NCBI GenBank assembly: GCA_963730935.1
Contig: CAVSTP010000003.1
Location: 800,001-864,000, forward strand
Source: an uncultured Nitrospiraceae bacterium
GTDB lineage: Bacteria > Nitrospirota > Nitrospiria > Nitrospirales > Nitrospiraceae
Length of the DNA: 64,000 nt
Reading direction: 5' to 3'
Shown here: piece after piece, positions 38,836-48,278 of the stretch
Layout of the letters: every line of letters starts with the position of its first letter
Numbering within the stretch: position 1 is the stretch's first letter
Notes under the pieces: generated by a model
Database searches by the model: none
The model's input: the letters and a program-made list of their open reading frames with translations, nothing else
Told to the model about the DNA's origin: nothing
Program-made: the position numbers and the translations under genes

Positions 38836-39510
38836 GTGAGCTGGACGGCCATTTGGGTAACGTGCAAATTGGCAAGCCTGACCTCGATGGCGCTGCTCGT
38901 CATCGGATTGCCTATTGCCTATTGGCTGACCTTTTCGAAGTGGCGGTGGAAATTTCTCGTCGAATCGATCGTGGCGCTTCCGTTGGTGCTGCCACCGACG
39001 GTGCTGGGCTTTTACATCCTGGTCGCCATCGGTCCCCATAGTCCGATTGGCCGGTTGTATACCGACATCGTGGGTCAGACCCTCCCATTCAGCTTCCAGG
39101 GTCTGCTCGTTGCTTCGATCTTGTACAGTCTTCCATTTGCCGTTCAGCCGTTCGCGACAGCCTTCGATCAGGTTGACCGCAACCTCATCGAAGCTTCGTG
39201 GACTCTCGGCCTTTCCAAAGCCAAAACGTTCTTCAAGCTGATCATTCCACTCTCTGCCGCTGGTGTAATCACCGGCGCAGTCTTGAGCTTTGCCCATACC
39301 CTCGGCGAGTTCGGGGTTGTCCTCATGGTCGGCGGGAACATCGAAGGGGTCACTCGAACGGTCTCCATCGACATCTATGATGACGTCCAGGCGCTCAACT
39401 ATGGCGCCGCGGCCAACACGGCATTGTTTCTGCTGGTCGTTTCCTATGCCGTCTTACTGTTCATCTATGCGATGAATCGCAAGGTCTGGGCGGTATGGCC
39501 GCAGAAGTAG
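38836..39510 (+). CDS. modB: Molybdate ABC permease
   Basis: ALPLVLPPTVLGFY, YSLPFAVQP, FAHTLGEFGVVLMVGGNI. Confidence 0.97.
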   Translation: MSWTAIWVTCKLASLTSMALLVIGLPIAYWLTFSKWRWKFLVESIVALPLVLPPTVLGFYILVAIGPHSPIGRLYTDIVGQTLPFSFQGLLVASILYSLPFAVQPFATAFDQVDRNLIEASWTLGLSKAKTFFKLIIPLSAAGVITGAVLSFAHTLGEFGVVLMVGGNIEGVTRTVSIDIYDDVQALNYGAAANTALFLLVVSYAVLLFIYAMNRKVWAVWPQK

Positions 39511-40586
39511 CGATCGAGATTACCAAGGCCTTTCCCGCACGCGCACCCATTAGCGCCGTGCTGAGGTACCAGCTTCAGCAAGCCACCGCACTGGTGCTGT
39601 TCGGGCCGTCAGGATCCGGAAAAACAACGGTGCTACGGTCCATCGCCGGTCTCGAATGGCCGGAGCGAGGGAGCATCCGATTCATTTCGCGCACCTGGCT
39701 CGATACCACCGCAGGGATTCGCGTGGCTCCGCAAGATCGCCAGATCGGATATATGGCGCAGGACTATGCGTTGTTTCCGACCCACACCGTTGCGGGAAAC
39801 ATTGCCTATGGATTGTCGGCGCTTCCAGCGGCCGAACGGAACAGGCGTGTCGATGAAATGGTGGAACTGTTCCAGCTGCGCGGCCTTGAAACATCCAAGC
39901 CCAGGGAACTGTCCGGCGGGCAACAGCAGCGTGTGGCGTTGGCCAGGGCCGTGGCAACTCGGCCGCAATTGCTCCTGCTCGATGAGCCGCTCTCCGCGCT
40001 CGATATCCCCACGAGGATGCAGCTCCGTGGAGAGCTCCGAACGTTGCTGAAGCGTCTGGCCTTGCCTTCGATCATCGTCACCCATGATTGGGCAGAAACA
40101 CTCAGTCTCGGAGACCTGGTGGCGGTGATGGGAGAAGGACAGGTGATACAGGTCGGCTCACCACAAGAGGTCTTTTGTCGACCGGCCAACGCTATGGTGG
40201 CTCAAATTGTCGGTGTTGAAACGGTGATTGAAGGCCATGTCATCGAGGAGGTGGATGGGCTGGCGACCGTTCGGGTGAACGGAACCTTGCTGAAGGGTTT
40301 GGGCGGCTATGCGATCGGCTCCGCGGTGTTTGTCTGTGTTCGTGCCGAGGATGTGGTGTTAGAGCAGGGTGGCACCGGACTGACCAGCGCACGAAACCAT
40401 CTGAATGGAAAAGTCATCGAGATCATCCCTCATGGCGTCATGGTCCACGTAAAGATTGACTGTGGCTTCCCACTCATCGCCATGGTCACCCGAGGGGCGC
40501 AGCAGGAGTTGAGGATCGAATTGGGATCTCCCGTGGTGGCCGTTATTAAGGCCGGAGCCGTCCATCTGGTGCCAAGAACGGAGTAA
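39495..40586 (+). CDS. modC: Molybdate ABC ATPase with C-terminal TOBE domain
   Basis: GPSGSGKTT, LSGGQQQR, LLLDEP, TSARNHL. Confidence 0.95.
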   Translation: MAAEVAIEITKAFPARAPISAVLRYQLQQATALVLFGPSGSGKTTVLRSIAGLEWPERGSIRFISRTWLDTTAGIRVAPQDRQIGYMAQDYALFPTHTVAGNIAYGLSALPAAERNRRVDEMVELFQLRGLETSKPRELSGGQQQRVALARAVATRPQLLLLDEPLSALDIPTRMQLRGELRTLLKRLALPSIIVTHDWAETLSLGDLVAVMGEGQVIQVGSPQEVFCRPANAMVAQIVGVETVIEGHVIEEVDGLATVRVNGTLLKGLGGYAIGSAVFVCVRAEDVVLEQGGTGLTSARNHLNGKVIEIIPHGVMVHVKIDCGFPLIAMVTRGAQQELRIELGSPVVAVIKAGAVHLVPRTE

Positions 40587-40911
40587 CGGCCACGACTCCT
40601 AGGGGTCTCCCCAGCTTCTGGGGATAACTCTGTGCGTAACGTTGAACCCATCACCGGAATTCCTGCATTTCATCCCTAGTACCACCTGATTGCCTATATT
40701 TTGGGCATAGGCCACTCCATTCTTCAGCTACCATATCTAGTGGTTGTTTCACGCAAAAGAGGAATAACCACTATTCCTATATTGGGCGCGGGATTTCGCA
40801 TGCAGGGTCGCGAAGTGCGAAGCCAGGCTTGGCGTTTCATCCGGAGTTATGCACAGACCACCGTCGGCACAGCCTGTTTTACTCACCATAATAAGGGCCG
40901 CAAGATAGGGC

Positions 40912-40950
40912 TTGACAGGGTAGCGGTGTCTGTGTAACCATTGGTTACAC
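40912..40950 (+). promoter_or_regulatory. Promoter with a perfect 19-bp palindromic operator directly before the start codon
   Basis: TTGACA at 40912-40917; GTGTAACCA-T-TGGTTACAC at 40932-40950; ATG at 40952 with no SD. Confidence 0.8.
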
Positions 40951-40951
40951 C

Positions 40952-41497
40952 ATGAAGCCAAACGATCTCAAACGTATTCGAGAGCAACTGGGATTGACGC
41001 AGCAGCAACTTGCTGATGCGCTCCGCACGACCCGGGTCTCGGTTGCGCGGTATGAGGCGGGGATGCGACGGATCCCCGGCATGGTCAAGGTGGCGATCGA
41101 TCGGCTTGGCCGGGTGTCTGAAATTCCAATGGCCGGCATTGTCGCCGCGGGACTTCCGATTGAACCGGTGCAACAGTCCGAACTCATCGACGTGCCGCCC
41201 AGCATGCTCCAAGGTGGAAAGACATTCGCGTTGCGTGTGAAGGGGGAGTCGATGAAAGACGAAGGAATTCTTCCCGGGGATCTCATCGTCGTTCGCAAAC
41301 AGGAAACGGCGCAGAACGGCCAAACCGTCGTGGCGCTGGTCAACGGCGAGGCCACGGTGAAAACCTATGTCAAGAAGCCGGGACATATTGAACTGCATCC
41401 TGCGAATGCGGCCATGCAGCCGATTGTCGTACAGCCGGCTGATGAATTTCATATTGAAGGGGTGCTCATCGGCGTGATTCGCCATTGTGCCATCTAA
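40952..41497 (+). CDS. LexA-like self-cleaving repressor (XRE-type HTH + peptidase S24)
   Basis: HTH LGLTQQQLA..VSVARYEAG; cleavage site VAAG; catalytic Ser GESM; catalytic Lys EATVK. Confidence 0.92.
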   Translation: MKPNDLKRIREQLGLTQQQLADALRTTRVSVARYEAGMRRIPGMVKVAIDRLGRVSEIPMAGIVAAGLPIEPVQQSELIDVPPSMLQGGKTFALRVKGESMKDEGILPGDLIVVRKQETAQNGQTVVALVNGEATVKTYVKKPGHIELHPANAAMQPIVVQPADEFHIEGVLIGVIRHCAI

Positions 41498-41525
41498 GAA
41501 ATCTCAGAAGGGAGGCGGTATACAT

Positions 41526-41765
41526 ATGAGAGCGACGAAGGAACGACTGATGGATCTGCAGCGCACGGTGGACACGTTGCAAGGACGCGTACAAGACATG
41601 CAGTGGGAGCTGCGATATGCCCAACGGCGGACGTTGAGCGAGCGGTGGTGGAGAAATCTGTTGGGGTCCAGGCAAGCCAATACATTCATGTCGTCCTGCT
41701 GTAATAGGCGGGTGCGGCCGAATACGAAGATGGTGGATTATGCTGGTACAGGAAGCGAACAGTAA
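41526..41765 (+). CDS. Small coiled-coil hypothetical protein
   Basis: GGGAGG RBS; heptad-like LMDLQRTVDTLQGRVQDMQWEL. Confidence 0.6.
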   Translation: MRATKERLMDLQRTVDTLQGRVQDMQWELRYAQRRTLSERWWRNLLGSRQANTFMSSCCNRRVRPNTKMVDYAGTGSEQ

Positions 41766-41922
41766 AACACAAGTGGCCGGGCATTGTGCCGATTGCGGGC
41801 TGCTCGTGGAGCAAAGGATCGCCTGTGTGGATGGCGTCACCCACTCAACAGTCGATCTGTGCTATGCCTGCTGGGTCGCCTGCCAACAGCGGCAGAACTT
41901 TGCGGGCGGGTGCTGCGGATAG
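41740..41922 (+). CDS. Cys-rich Zn-finger-like microprotein
   Basis: CADC..C..CYACxxxC..GGCCG; overlaps the upstream ORF. Confidence 0.6.
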   Translation: MLVQEANSKTQVAGHCADCGLLVEQRIACVDGVTHSTVDLCYACWVACQQRQNFAGGCCG

Positions 41923-41934
41923 GCGAGGTGAGTC

Positions 41935-42663
41935 ATGCAGGCAACGCTATTAAGAACAGAACCAGCGGAACTTCCCTTCGTTCCTGCTCAGCCTCAAGGA
42001 TCTCCGAGCGATTCGAATGAGGGAGGCCGGGATTGGTTTCTCGCACTGCGTCACGCGCAGATTCCCTTTCATCCGGAAGACCGGCTGCTCCTGCTGTATG
42101 GACATCCACTCGTGTTTCGATTGGGACTGTATGCCGCCGGGGAACGCGTCTTGGCCGGAGAACCGATCGTGTATCTCGACGGTGCACACACCTTTGATCC
42201 GTTTTTCATCGGGCGTATGGCTCGTGCGCATCGACGGCAGCCACGTGCGCTGTTGTCCATGATTCATGTGGCCCGCGCCTTTACGTGTCATCAGCTGGAG
42301 CGGCTGATCTCCGATTGCCTGATGGCGGCACTCGACCGGTATCAGTCTCGTATCGCCATCCTCTCCGGATTGTTCGATACATTCTATGATCAGACGGTGC
42401 CTGAGCAGGAGGCAATGCGGCTCTTTGGCCGTATGATGGATGCCAGTCACAAATTGGCCCAACACGGCTCCACATTGCTCTTTCTCTGTCCGCAAGCCCC
42501 GATGCTCACGCGTGCAAGCCGTCGTTGCCTTGATCTGATGCGTGGCCAGGCGGACCGTGTCATCCGCGTGCAGGAAGAGCATGGATTGGTCAGACTTCGT
42601 GACGAGGCGGAAAAGACCGGCACACAGTGGGAATTTCCGCGCACGGTCTTGGACCTCTCCTGA
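41935..42663 (+). CDS. Degenerate RadA/RecA-fold (ImuA-like) protein
   Basis: GAGGTGA RBS; LLLLYG (no GKT), IVYLDGAHTFDP, IHVARAFTCHQL, ADRVIRV. Confidence 0.75.
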   Translation: MQATLLRTEPAELPFVPAQPQGSPSDSNEGGRDWFLALRHAQIPFHPEDRLLLLYGHPLVFRLGLYAAGERVLAGEPIVYLDGAHTFDPFFIGRMARAHRRQPRALLSMIHVARAFTCHQLERLISDCLMAALDRYQSRIAILSGLFDTFYDQTVPEQEAMRLFGRMMDASHKLAQHGSTLLFLCPQAPMLTRASRRCLDLMRGQADRVIRVQEEHGLVRLRDEAEKTGTQWEFPRTVLDLS

Positions 42664-42698
42664 GGTCCTTCAACGAGAGTTGGTCTCACCTCGCGCGG

Positions 42699-42881
42699 CT
42701 ATCCGATCGCCGCCCAGATCTTTTTTGCATTCTCACCCGTGAACGTCATGTCGTCCTGAGAAGCTCCGCGTTCAAAGTAGAGGCGTAACAATCCGCCGCC
42801 AAAGTGCGCTTCCCGTACCAAGTCGAGATTAATCGCGACCTCACCGGGACGTTCCTCATCTTGCACCTTCACGAATTTCAT
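42699..42881 (-). CDS. Small hypothetical protein
   Basis: AAGGAG RBS; 60 aa MKFVKV..AINLDLV; own promoter TTGACA-17-TACGTT (42974-42946). Confidence 0.75.
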   Translation of the reverse strand: MKFVKVQDEERPGEVAINLDLVREAHFGGGLLRLYFERGASQDDMTFTGENAKKIWAAIG

Positions 42882-43055
42882 ACGATGACTCCTTATGAAA
42901 TGGGTTGGAGTTGATCGGTCGGACTCGCGGTCCTGAATTGTGAGCAACGTATGGGGTCAACGCGGGTATGTCAAGACACTAGCGGAAGAAAGTGAGATGG
43001 GTGTGTGTGAACAAGGCTAGTAGCGGCTGCTGTCTCGAGCCTGTACACTCACGAC

Positions 43056-43958
43056 ATGGTGCTATGTGGCGGCGTCGAGGCGGGCGGCACGAAATTCGTT
43101 TGCGGGATTGGGACCTGTCCTGAGGATCTCGAAGTCCACTCATTCAGCACCGTCGGACCAGTGGAGAGCATCAGGCAGGCGATCCAATTCTTTCGAGAAA
43201 AAGCGGGTACAAGCTTAGCAGGGCTCGGCATCGCCAGTTTTGGACCGATTGATCTCGATCAAACGTCCCCAACCTACGGGTACATCACCACGACACCCAA
43301 GACGGCCTGGCGCAACTTCGATCTTGTCGGCGCCCTATCCAAGGAATTGGCTGTGCCCGTCGCGTTTGAGACTGATGTGAATGCAGCGGCGCTCGCCGAA
43401 GCAGAGTGGGGTGCCTCTCGAGACGTGGAGGACAGTGTCTATATCACAGTAGGAACGGGCATTGGTGGTGGCGTGGTGGTCAAGGGTGAGGCCGTTCACG
43501 GCTTATTGCATCCGGAAATCGGCCACATCCGTATTGCACATGATCTCGACAAAGACCCGTTTACCGGCAGTTGCCAATTTCATGGAGATTGTCTCGAAGG
43601 CTTAGCCTCCGGTCCCGCGCTCTCACAGCGGTGGGGCCGTCCACCAGAGAATGTGCCGGCGACTCATCCGGCCTGGGAGTTAGAAGCTCACTATCTCGCC
43701 AGTGCCATTGCTATTCTCGTCTACACCTTGTCGCCTCACCGTATTGTTCTTGGGGGCGGCGTCATGCAACAGGATGCACTGTTCCCAATGATTCGCCGGA
43801 ATGTTGTGCGCTTCATGAACGGGTATATCGCGAAACCGCAGCTGCGCGAAGAGATCGACCGCTACATCGTCCCGCCCGGTTTGGGCATGTATTCTGGAGT
43901 GCTTGGAGCGATTCTACTGGCCGGCCGATGCCGCCAAAGACCTGCCGCTCAAGACTGA
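43056..43958 (+). CDS. ROK-family fructokinase
   Basis: GVEAGGTKFVC, IASFGP, ETDVNAAALAE, HPEIGH, CQFHGDCLEGLASG. Confidence 0.93.
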   Translation: MVLCGGVEAGGTKFVCGIGTCPEDLEVHSFSTVGPVESIRQAIQFFREKAGTSLAGLGIASFGPIDLDQTSPTYGYITTTPKTAWRNFDLVGALSKELAVPVAFETDVNAAALAEAEWGASRDVEDSVYITVGTGIGGGVVVKGEAVHGLLHPEIGHIRIAHDLDKDPFTGSCQFHGDCLEGLASGPALSQRWGRPPENVPATHPAWELEAHYLASAIAILVYTLSPHRIVLGGGVMQQDALFPMIRRNVVRFMNGYIAKPQLREEIDRYIVPPGLGMYSGVLGAILLAGRCRQRPAAQD

Positions 43959-44070
43959 CTGCTGCACAGGACATCGTGATTGATAGGGAGCGTTTTACGG
44001 CTGCTCAGCGAAGACGTGTTTTTTGAGGCGTTGCGACTCTCGCGGACGGAATATGCCTGGGCGTAGTTTT

Positions 44071-44856
44071 TCACTTAAGTGGAAGTTTAACGCTGATGGC
44101 CCCACCAAGCTCGCCTTCCTTTGCGCCTTCCCGAGGATAGCCCGAGATATCACGCTGGCCTTTTGGTTCTCCGTGGCAATCGAGACATGCCTTGCTGTAG
44201 TACAAGGGCAGCATGAGACGGAGAGTGTGGCCGCCCTCCGTGATTTCCCATTTTGGTTGTGATTCGCCCAAGGCTGAGGCCTGTTCGGCAAGTGCCTTGA
44301 GAACATCAGCTTCATACTGGTCAGGCTTGTTTTTGGCGTTTCTTAAAAACTTTTCTGGCGCGATTTGTCGGAGATAGATGCCCGACCACTTCTGAAAGCG
44401 TTTAGCAGTTTCCGTTCCAAAAGTTGCGGGGATCAGTCCCTTGTAGCTGATTCCAACGATATTGATGGGTGTTTGGTAACTCTCGATCGTCCGCTTACTT
44501 TCCTCCAGAAGGCGGTCAAGGAGGGGACGGGCCATGGCAGGAAGCTTATCGCTGGAATTGGACAGATTGATGTCTGTTCTTTGTTCAAACACCTTGAGCA
44601 CCTGATTCTCAAACACCGCAGGAGTAAAGCCTTTATCACCTTTGGACGCATCGTTAATGAGGTCCTGATTCATGCCCACCACAAGACGACCGGAATCGAA
44701 GAGGATGGCTAGAAGACGTGAGGTTTCTCGTTCCTGTTCATGGTCTTGTGCATGTCCCAATGAGGAAGATAAAGAAGCGATGATGACCACTGATATTGCG
44801 GCCATCAGCGTAAAACGGAGCGACAGAGGTCTTAACAACCGTGGTAAGTCAGGCAT
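44071..44856 (-). CDS. DUF3365/Tll0287-like heme c protein
   Basis: Signal peptide; RNAKNKPDQYE; LRLMLPL..ACLDCHG (CxxCH); GELGGAISV. Confidence 0.88.
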   Translation of the reverse strand: MPDLPRLLRPLSLRFTLMAAISVVIIASLSSSLGHAQDHEQERETSRLLAILFDSGRLVVGMNQDLINDASKGDKGFTPAVFENQVLKVFEQRTDINLSNSSDKLPAMARPLLDRLLEESKRTIESYQTPINIVGISYKGLIPATFGTETAKRFQKWSGIYLRQIAPEKFLRNAKNKPDQYEADVLKALAEQASALGESQPKWEITEGGHTLRLMLPLYYSKACLDCHGEPKGQRDISGYPREGAKEGELGGAISVKLPLK

Positions 44857-44930
44857 GAAGCGATAAGGTATTCTAGCGAGAGTCTGAGATCAGACGCAAG
44901 AGCACTGCGGCGGCCTGTGCGTTTTTCTGC

Positions 44931-45194
44931 TTAGAGGGTTGCTCGTACGATCCTGTACAGAACGAACACGATAAGGACCCACAGTAGACAAAGGGTGATA
45001 GAAACACCGATAAAAAGAACGAGTCGTCTGAGCCGGAAAACAGGTTCCTCTAGGGGGTTGTCTTCGACACTCGGTACTAGCCTTAAGGCGGAAAGCCTGA
45101 ACTTTGGTTTAGACCCGTCTCGCAGGCGCTCAGTGGACCGAGCCAAGTTGCCTAGTGTTTCAGGATATGTCTTGGGTTTTTTCTGCATGAACAA
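44931..45194 (-). CDS. Small membrane hypothetical protein
   Basis: 87 aa with a C-terminal TM helix. Confidence 0.45.
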   Translation of the reverse strand: MFMQKKPKTYPETLGNLARSTERLRDGSKPKFRLSALRLVPSVEDNPLEEPVFRLRRLVLFIGVSITLCLLWVLIVFVLYRIVRATL

Positions 45195-45364
45195 TGCATC
45201 ACCGCCGGCTCAGTTCTGTCCTGCGAACATGCTCTCAAAGGCCTATTTCAAAGTATAGCATTCGGGGAATGGGGCAATGGGAGATTCTGCCTACGTATTT
45301 CGGCGAGCCGTCCGAACCAGAGAAGAGTGATAGGGAGGTTTTTTCGTTGACGGTGATGAAGTTC

Positions 45365-46003
45365 TCACTTTTCTTTGGTCGGGGGTTTGAAGGTCTCGGT
45401 TTTGTTTTTCAGTTTTTTGACGAGGTCTTCGTAGGAGGAGGTGCGGATGATATTGGTGAACTGCCCGCGATAGTTACTGGCCATACTAATACCATCTACC
45501 ACAATGTCATACACATGCCATCCCCCGGAATTACTCAGCAGCCGATAATCTATCGGAAGCTCGCCTTTGCGGGCGATGAGTTTGGTTCGAACCTCTGCAT
45601 AGTCGCCCTCATTGCGCTCGCCAAGATACTGGGTCTGTTCTCCTGAGTATGCTTCAATCCTCGCCGTGTAAGTACGGAGGAGAAGCTGCTGAAACAGTTC
45701 AGTGAACTCCTGTCTCTGCGTCTCGTTCAGTTGATTCCAATGTGCGCCCAATGAGCGCTTGGCCATTTCCTCGTAGCTGAATCGATCGCCGATGATCTTT
45801 TGCAGTTGGTGTCGGCGTTCCATGGCCCGCTCAGGTTTTTTCAGCTCCTTGTCTTCCAGAAGACGGACCACTTGATCGATTGTGCTCTTCACTGCCTCCG
45901 TGGCTGTGCCGGCAGTGGCCACCATTGGTGCGAGAGAGATTCCGAGGCAAAGCGCGATGCCAAGGCCAACCACGTAACCTCGGTGGGTCCTGGCACCTTT
46001 CAT
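45365..46003 (-). CDS. MlaC/Ttg2D-family periplasmic phospholipid-binding protein
   Basis: FSYEEMAKRSLGAHW..QRQEF..IDYRL..WHVYDIVVDGISMASNYRGQF; start uncertain. Confidence 0.9.
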   Translation of the reverse strand: MKGARTHRGYVVGLGIALCLGISLAPMVATAGTATEAVKSTIDQVVRLLEDKELKKPERAMERRHQLQKIIGDRFSYEEMAKRSLGAHWNQLNETQRQEFTELFQQLLLRTYTARIEAYSGEQTQYLGERNEGDYAEVRTKLIARKGELPIDYRLLSNSGGWHVYDIVVDGISMASNYRGQFTNIIRTSSYEDLVKKLKNKTETFKPPTKEK

Positions 46004-46274
46004 GACAGTGAGGGAGTGAGACTGGTATCGCATCGAACGCACCTGTAACTGAAGTAGTCCACGCGAAGACGCCAACCGGCTACAATGTTCTCAGCCGATG
46101 ATACCTAGAACAAGAAGCTGTTGCAAAGTGGGGAGTGTCCGCTGATTGGGGTAGCTGGGGCTCCCCTAGAGATTCCAACTTCAAAAATCTTCGTGGGAAG
46201 CCGTCGCGTGAGACCCTCACAGGCTGCCACCTTTCCGCCTCTCAAGTGCGGTGAGGTACGTATGGGGGCAGATG

Positions 46275-46526
46275 CTAGGATTTGGCAATGAAGTTTGCGA
46301 GTATTTGATCGCGATGTACTGTACAAATGCCGTGGGATGGGACCTCCCAGGCTGGAGAAGGATCATCTAGGGAACTCGGCTGACGAAGGACAGATCTCCT
46401 TCCCTCCCGTTCACACCACGCACATACTACAATCAAGGTGACTTTCTTGATCGGCGAAGAATCTAGGCTGTCCAACACCGACGAGAACGATGATGTCAGA
46501 TTGCCCCATGTTGTAGTTTCAAGCAT
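46275..46526 (-). CDS. Small Zn-binding hypothetical protein
   Basis: VVCAWC..SHGICxxH. Confidence 0.6.
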   Translation of the reverse strand: MLETTTWGNLTSSFSSVLDSLDSSPIKKVTLIVVCAWCEREGRRSVLRQPSSLDDPSPAWEVPSHGICTVHRDQILANFIAKS

Positions 46527-46713
46527 ATGAGCGGTCTTGGTGGTGAACTCTCCTCAAGTCCGGTTAGGTACGAATTCACTGTAGAGGGAAGGCTGTAATC
46601 GTTGTCCTAGCTACCTCCCTAGTCGAGTAGAACAAATTCCACTAGCAACTGATGATATTGAGTGAACGTGAGGATTAAACGGCGGGGTAGTAAATGACTT
46701 AGTAAACAAATTC

Positions 46714-46968
46714 CTATGATGCTTTTGCGAGGACGGAAGGAACCTCAACCGGTCCAGCCCACATGGCGTCTACACTGTGAAGTGCTAACTCCCTGCCAGA
46801 AGTTTTTGGATAGTGGGACGCAGGAATGAGCGCCAACCAACGTCGGGTCTCACCATTGAACACGATTTGTACAATTGTCGGCAGGGTGGGCTCTTGACTG
46901 GGATCTAGCATCCAGTACCACCCAGGTGTGGTTGGCTTCTGCTGCGTCCACATCAGCATGACGGTCAT
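46714..46968 (-). CDS. Small hypothetical protein
   Basis: WTQQKPTTPGWYW..WAGPVEVP. Confidence 0.6.
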   Translation of the reverse strand: MTVMLMWTQQKPTTPGWYWMLDPSQEPTLPTIVQIVFNGETRRWLALIPASHYPKTSGRELALHSVDAMWAGPVEVPSVLAKAS

Positions 46969-47266
46969 CCAGTGATCTTTCCGGCAATATGAAACGTTTC
47001 AGCAACTAGATGCTTACGATGGTCTAAGCGCCTAAGTGACACGGTGGTCACCGCGATTACCGTCGATCCTAGATAGGTTTGGAAAGTCGACGCTATTCCC
47101 TAAAGGAGCTAGGTAAGATTATGTAACCGATTCCGAAGGGCTAAGTCACTGCTCCCCCCTAAAGTGCAATGCTGAAGTACCTCCTTCGGGTCTAGCGCTT
47201 CTCTAGCCAGACGCTATTCTATTGTCAGCTACCAGGAAACCTGTGTTGATCTGCAATGGAGGGTTT

Positions 47267-47512
47267 ATGCACTGTTCACGCTGTCACGGGCTCATGATGC
47301 AAGACCACTTGTTGGACATGGAAGGGGGCTTCGGAGAGATGTGGGCCCAATGTTGGCGTTGCACAAATTGTGGATCCCTCCACGATATGGTCATCGAACA
47401 GAATCGTTTGGCGTCGGTGGCACACGTCTCGGTATTGACACGTGGTCAGCAAATCAGTCAGGGAGATGACACGTATTTGGGCGGGGAAGCATTTGTCCGT
47501 CCCGCGGCATAA
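47267..47512 (+). CDS. Zn-ribbon microprotein
   Basis: GGAGG RBS; MHCSRCHGLM..WRCTNCG. Confidence 0.8.
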   Translation: MHCSRCHGLMMQDHLLDMEGGFGEMWAQCWRCTNCGSLHDMVIEQNRLASVAHVSVLTRGQQISQGDDTYLGGEAFVRPAA

Positions 47513-47538
47513 TAAATGTTCATTAAGGACAGGCGACG

Positions 47539-47745
47539 ATGATGTGTGGAAACTATTTACGCAACACTGCACCGGGTAATCAGCCATACCGCATTAGCGT
47601 AAGTTGTCCGTCCTGTGGTTCAAGTAGCTGCATCAGACACAATCGAGAAGGGTTGCGAGACTTTCTCTACCAATTTGTTGGCAAGTTTCCATGGAAGTGC
47701 CCGCGGTGTTTACATCGGTTTTATCTGACCAGACGCCGCCGTTAA
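47539..47745 (+). CDS. Zn-ribbon microprotein
   Basis: CPSCGS..PWKCPRCLHRFY. Confidence 0.6.
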   Translation: MMCGNYLRNTAPGNQPYRISVSCPSCGSSSCIRHNREGLRDFLYQFVGKFPWKCPRCLHRFYLTRRRR

Positions 47746-47873
47746 TTCCACCTCTCAGACCCGGTGATTCGCTGTCATCCCTCTGACTCGGTGAAGACAA
47801 AAGCACCGTGCGCGTATCAGAGATTGCTTTCTCGTAGCTTTGGGTAGTTGATAATGGAACCTTGAAGTAGGCA

Positions 47874-48278
47874 TCAGATCCCGTACCGTGTAAAGCCTGA
47901 TGAAGTGGATGGCTGTCCCTCATTCAGCCATGTAAAGGCCGCTTCAAAATCACGGAAGGCTTTCAGCTCATATCCTCGATTCATTGCGCAGAGTTCAAGA
48001 AACGCTCCTCTATCAAATCCGTCTTTCGGCCTATTCACCACTGCTACCCGTGCCCTGAGCCCAGAGTAGGTCAGCTTCCTTGCCAGAGTCCACACATCCA
48101 GCATGCTGGCGTTTGAAGTCGCCTCTCGAGTATCGATAAGAATTCGGTCTACGTTGTGGTTTTTGCACTCTTCCACCAAGTTTCGCAGAATAATGAGGCT
48201 CCTCTCCAAATCTAGGTTTCCCGAAACATCTGATCGCAGGAATTCTTTGATGGGGATTATTCTCACATCGACAGCCAT
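47874..48278 (-). CDS. STAS/SpoIIAA-like hypothetical protein
   Basis: ILIDTR..RVAVV..FLELCAMNRGYELKAFRDFEAAFTWL. Confidence 0.75.
   Translation of the reverse strand: MAVDVRIIPIKEFLRSDVSGNLDLERSLIILRNLVEECKNHNVDRILIDTREATSNASMLDVWTLARKLTYSGLRARVAVVNRPKDGFDRGAFLELCAMNRGYELKAFRDFEAAFTWLNEGQPSTSSGFTRYGI

Noticed and set aside
40952..42663. Prophage immunity region
   Set aside because: No divergent cro, integrase, replication or structural genes; the downstream gene is RecA-fold.
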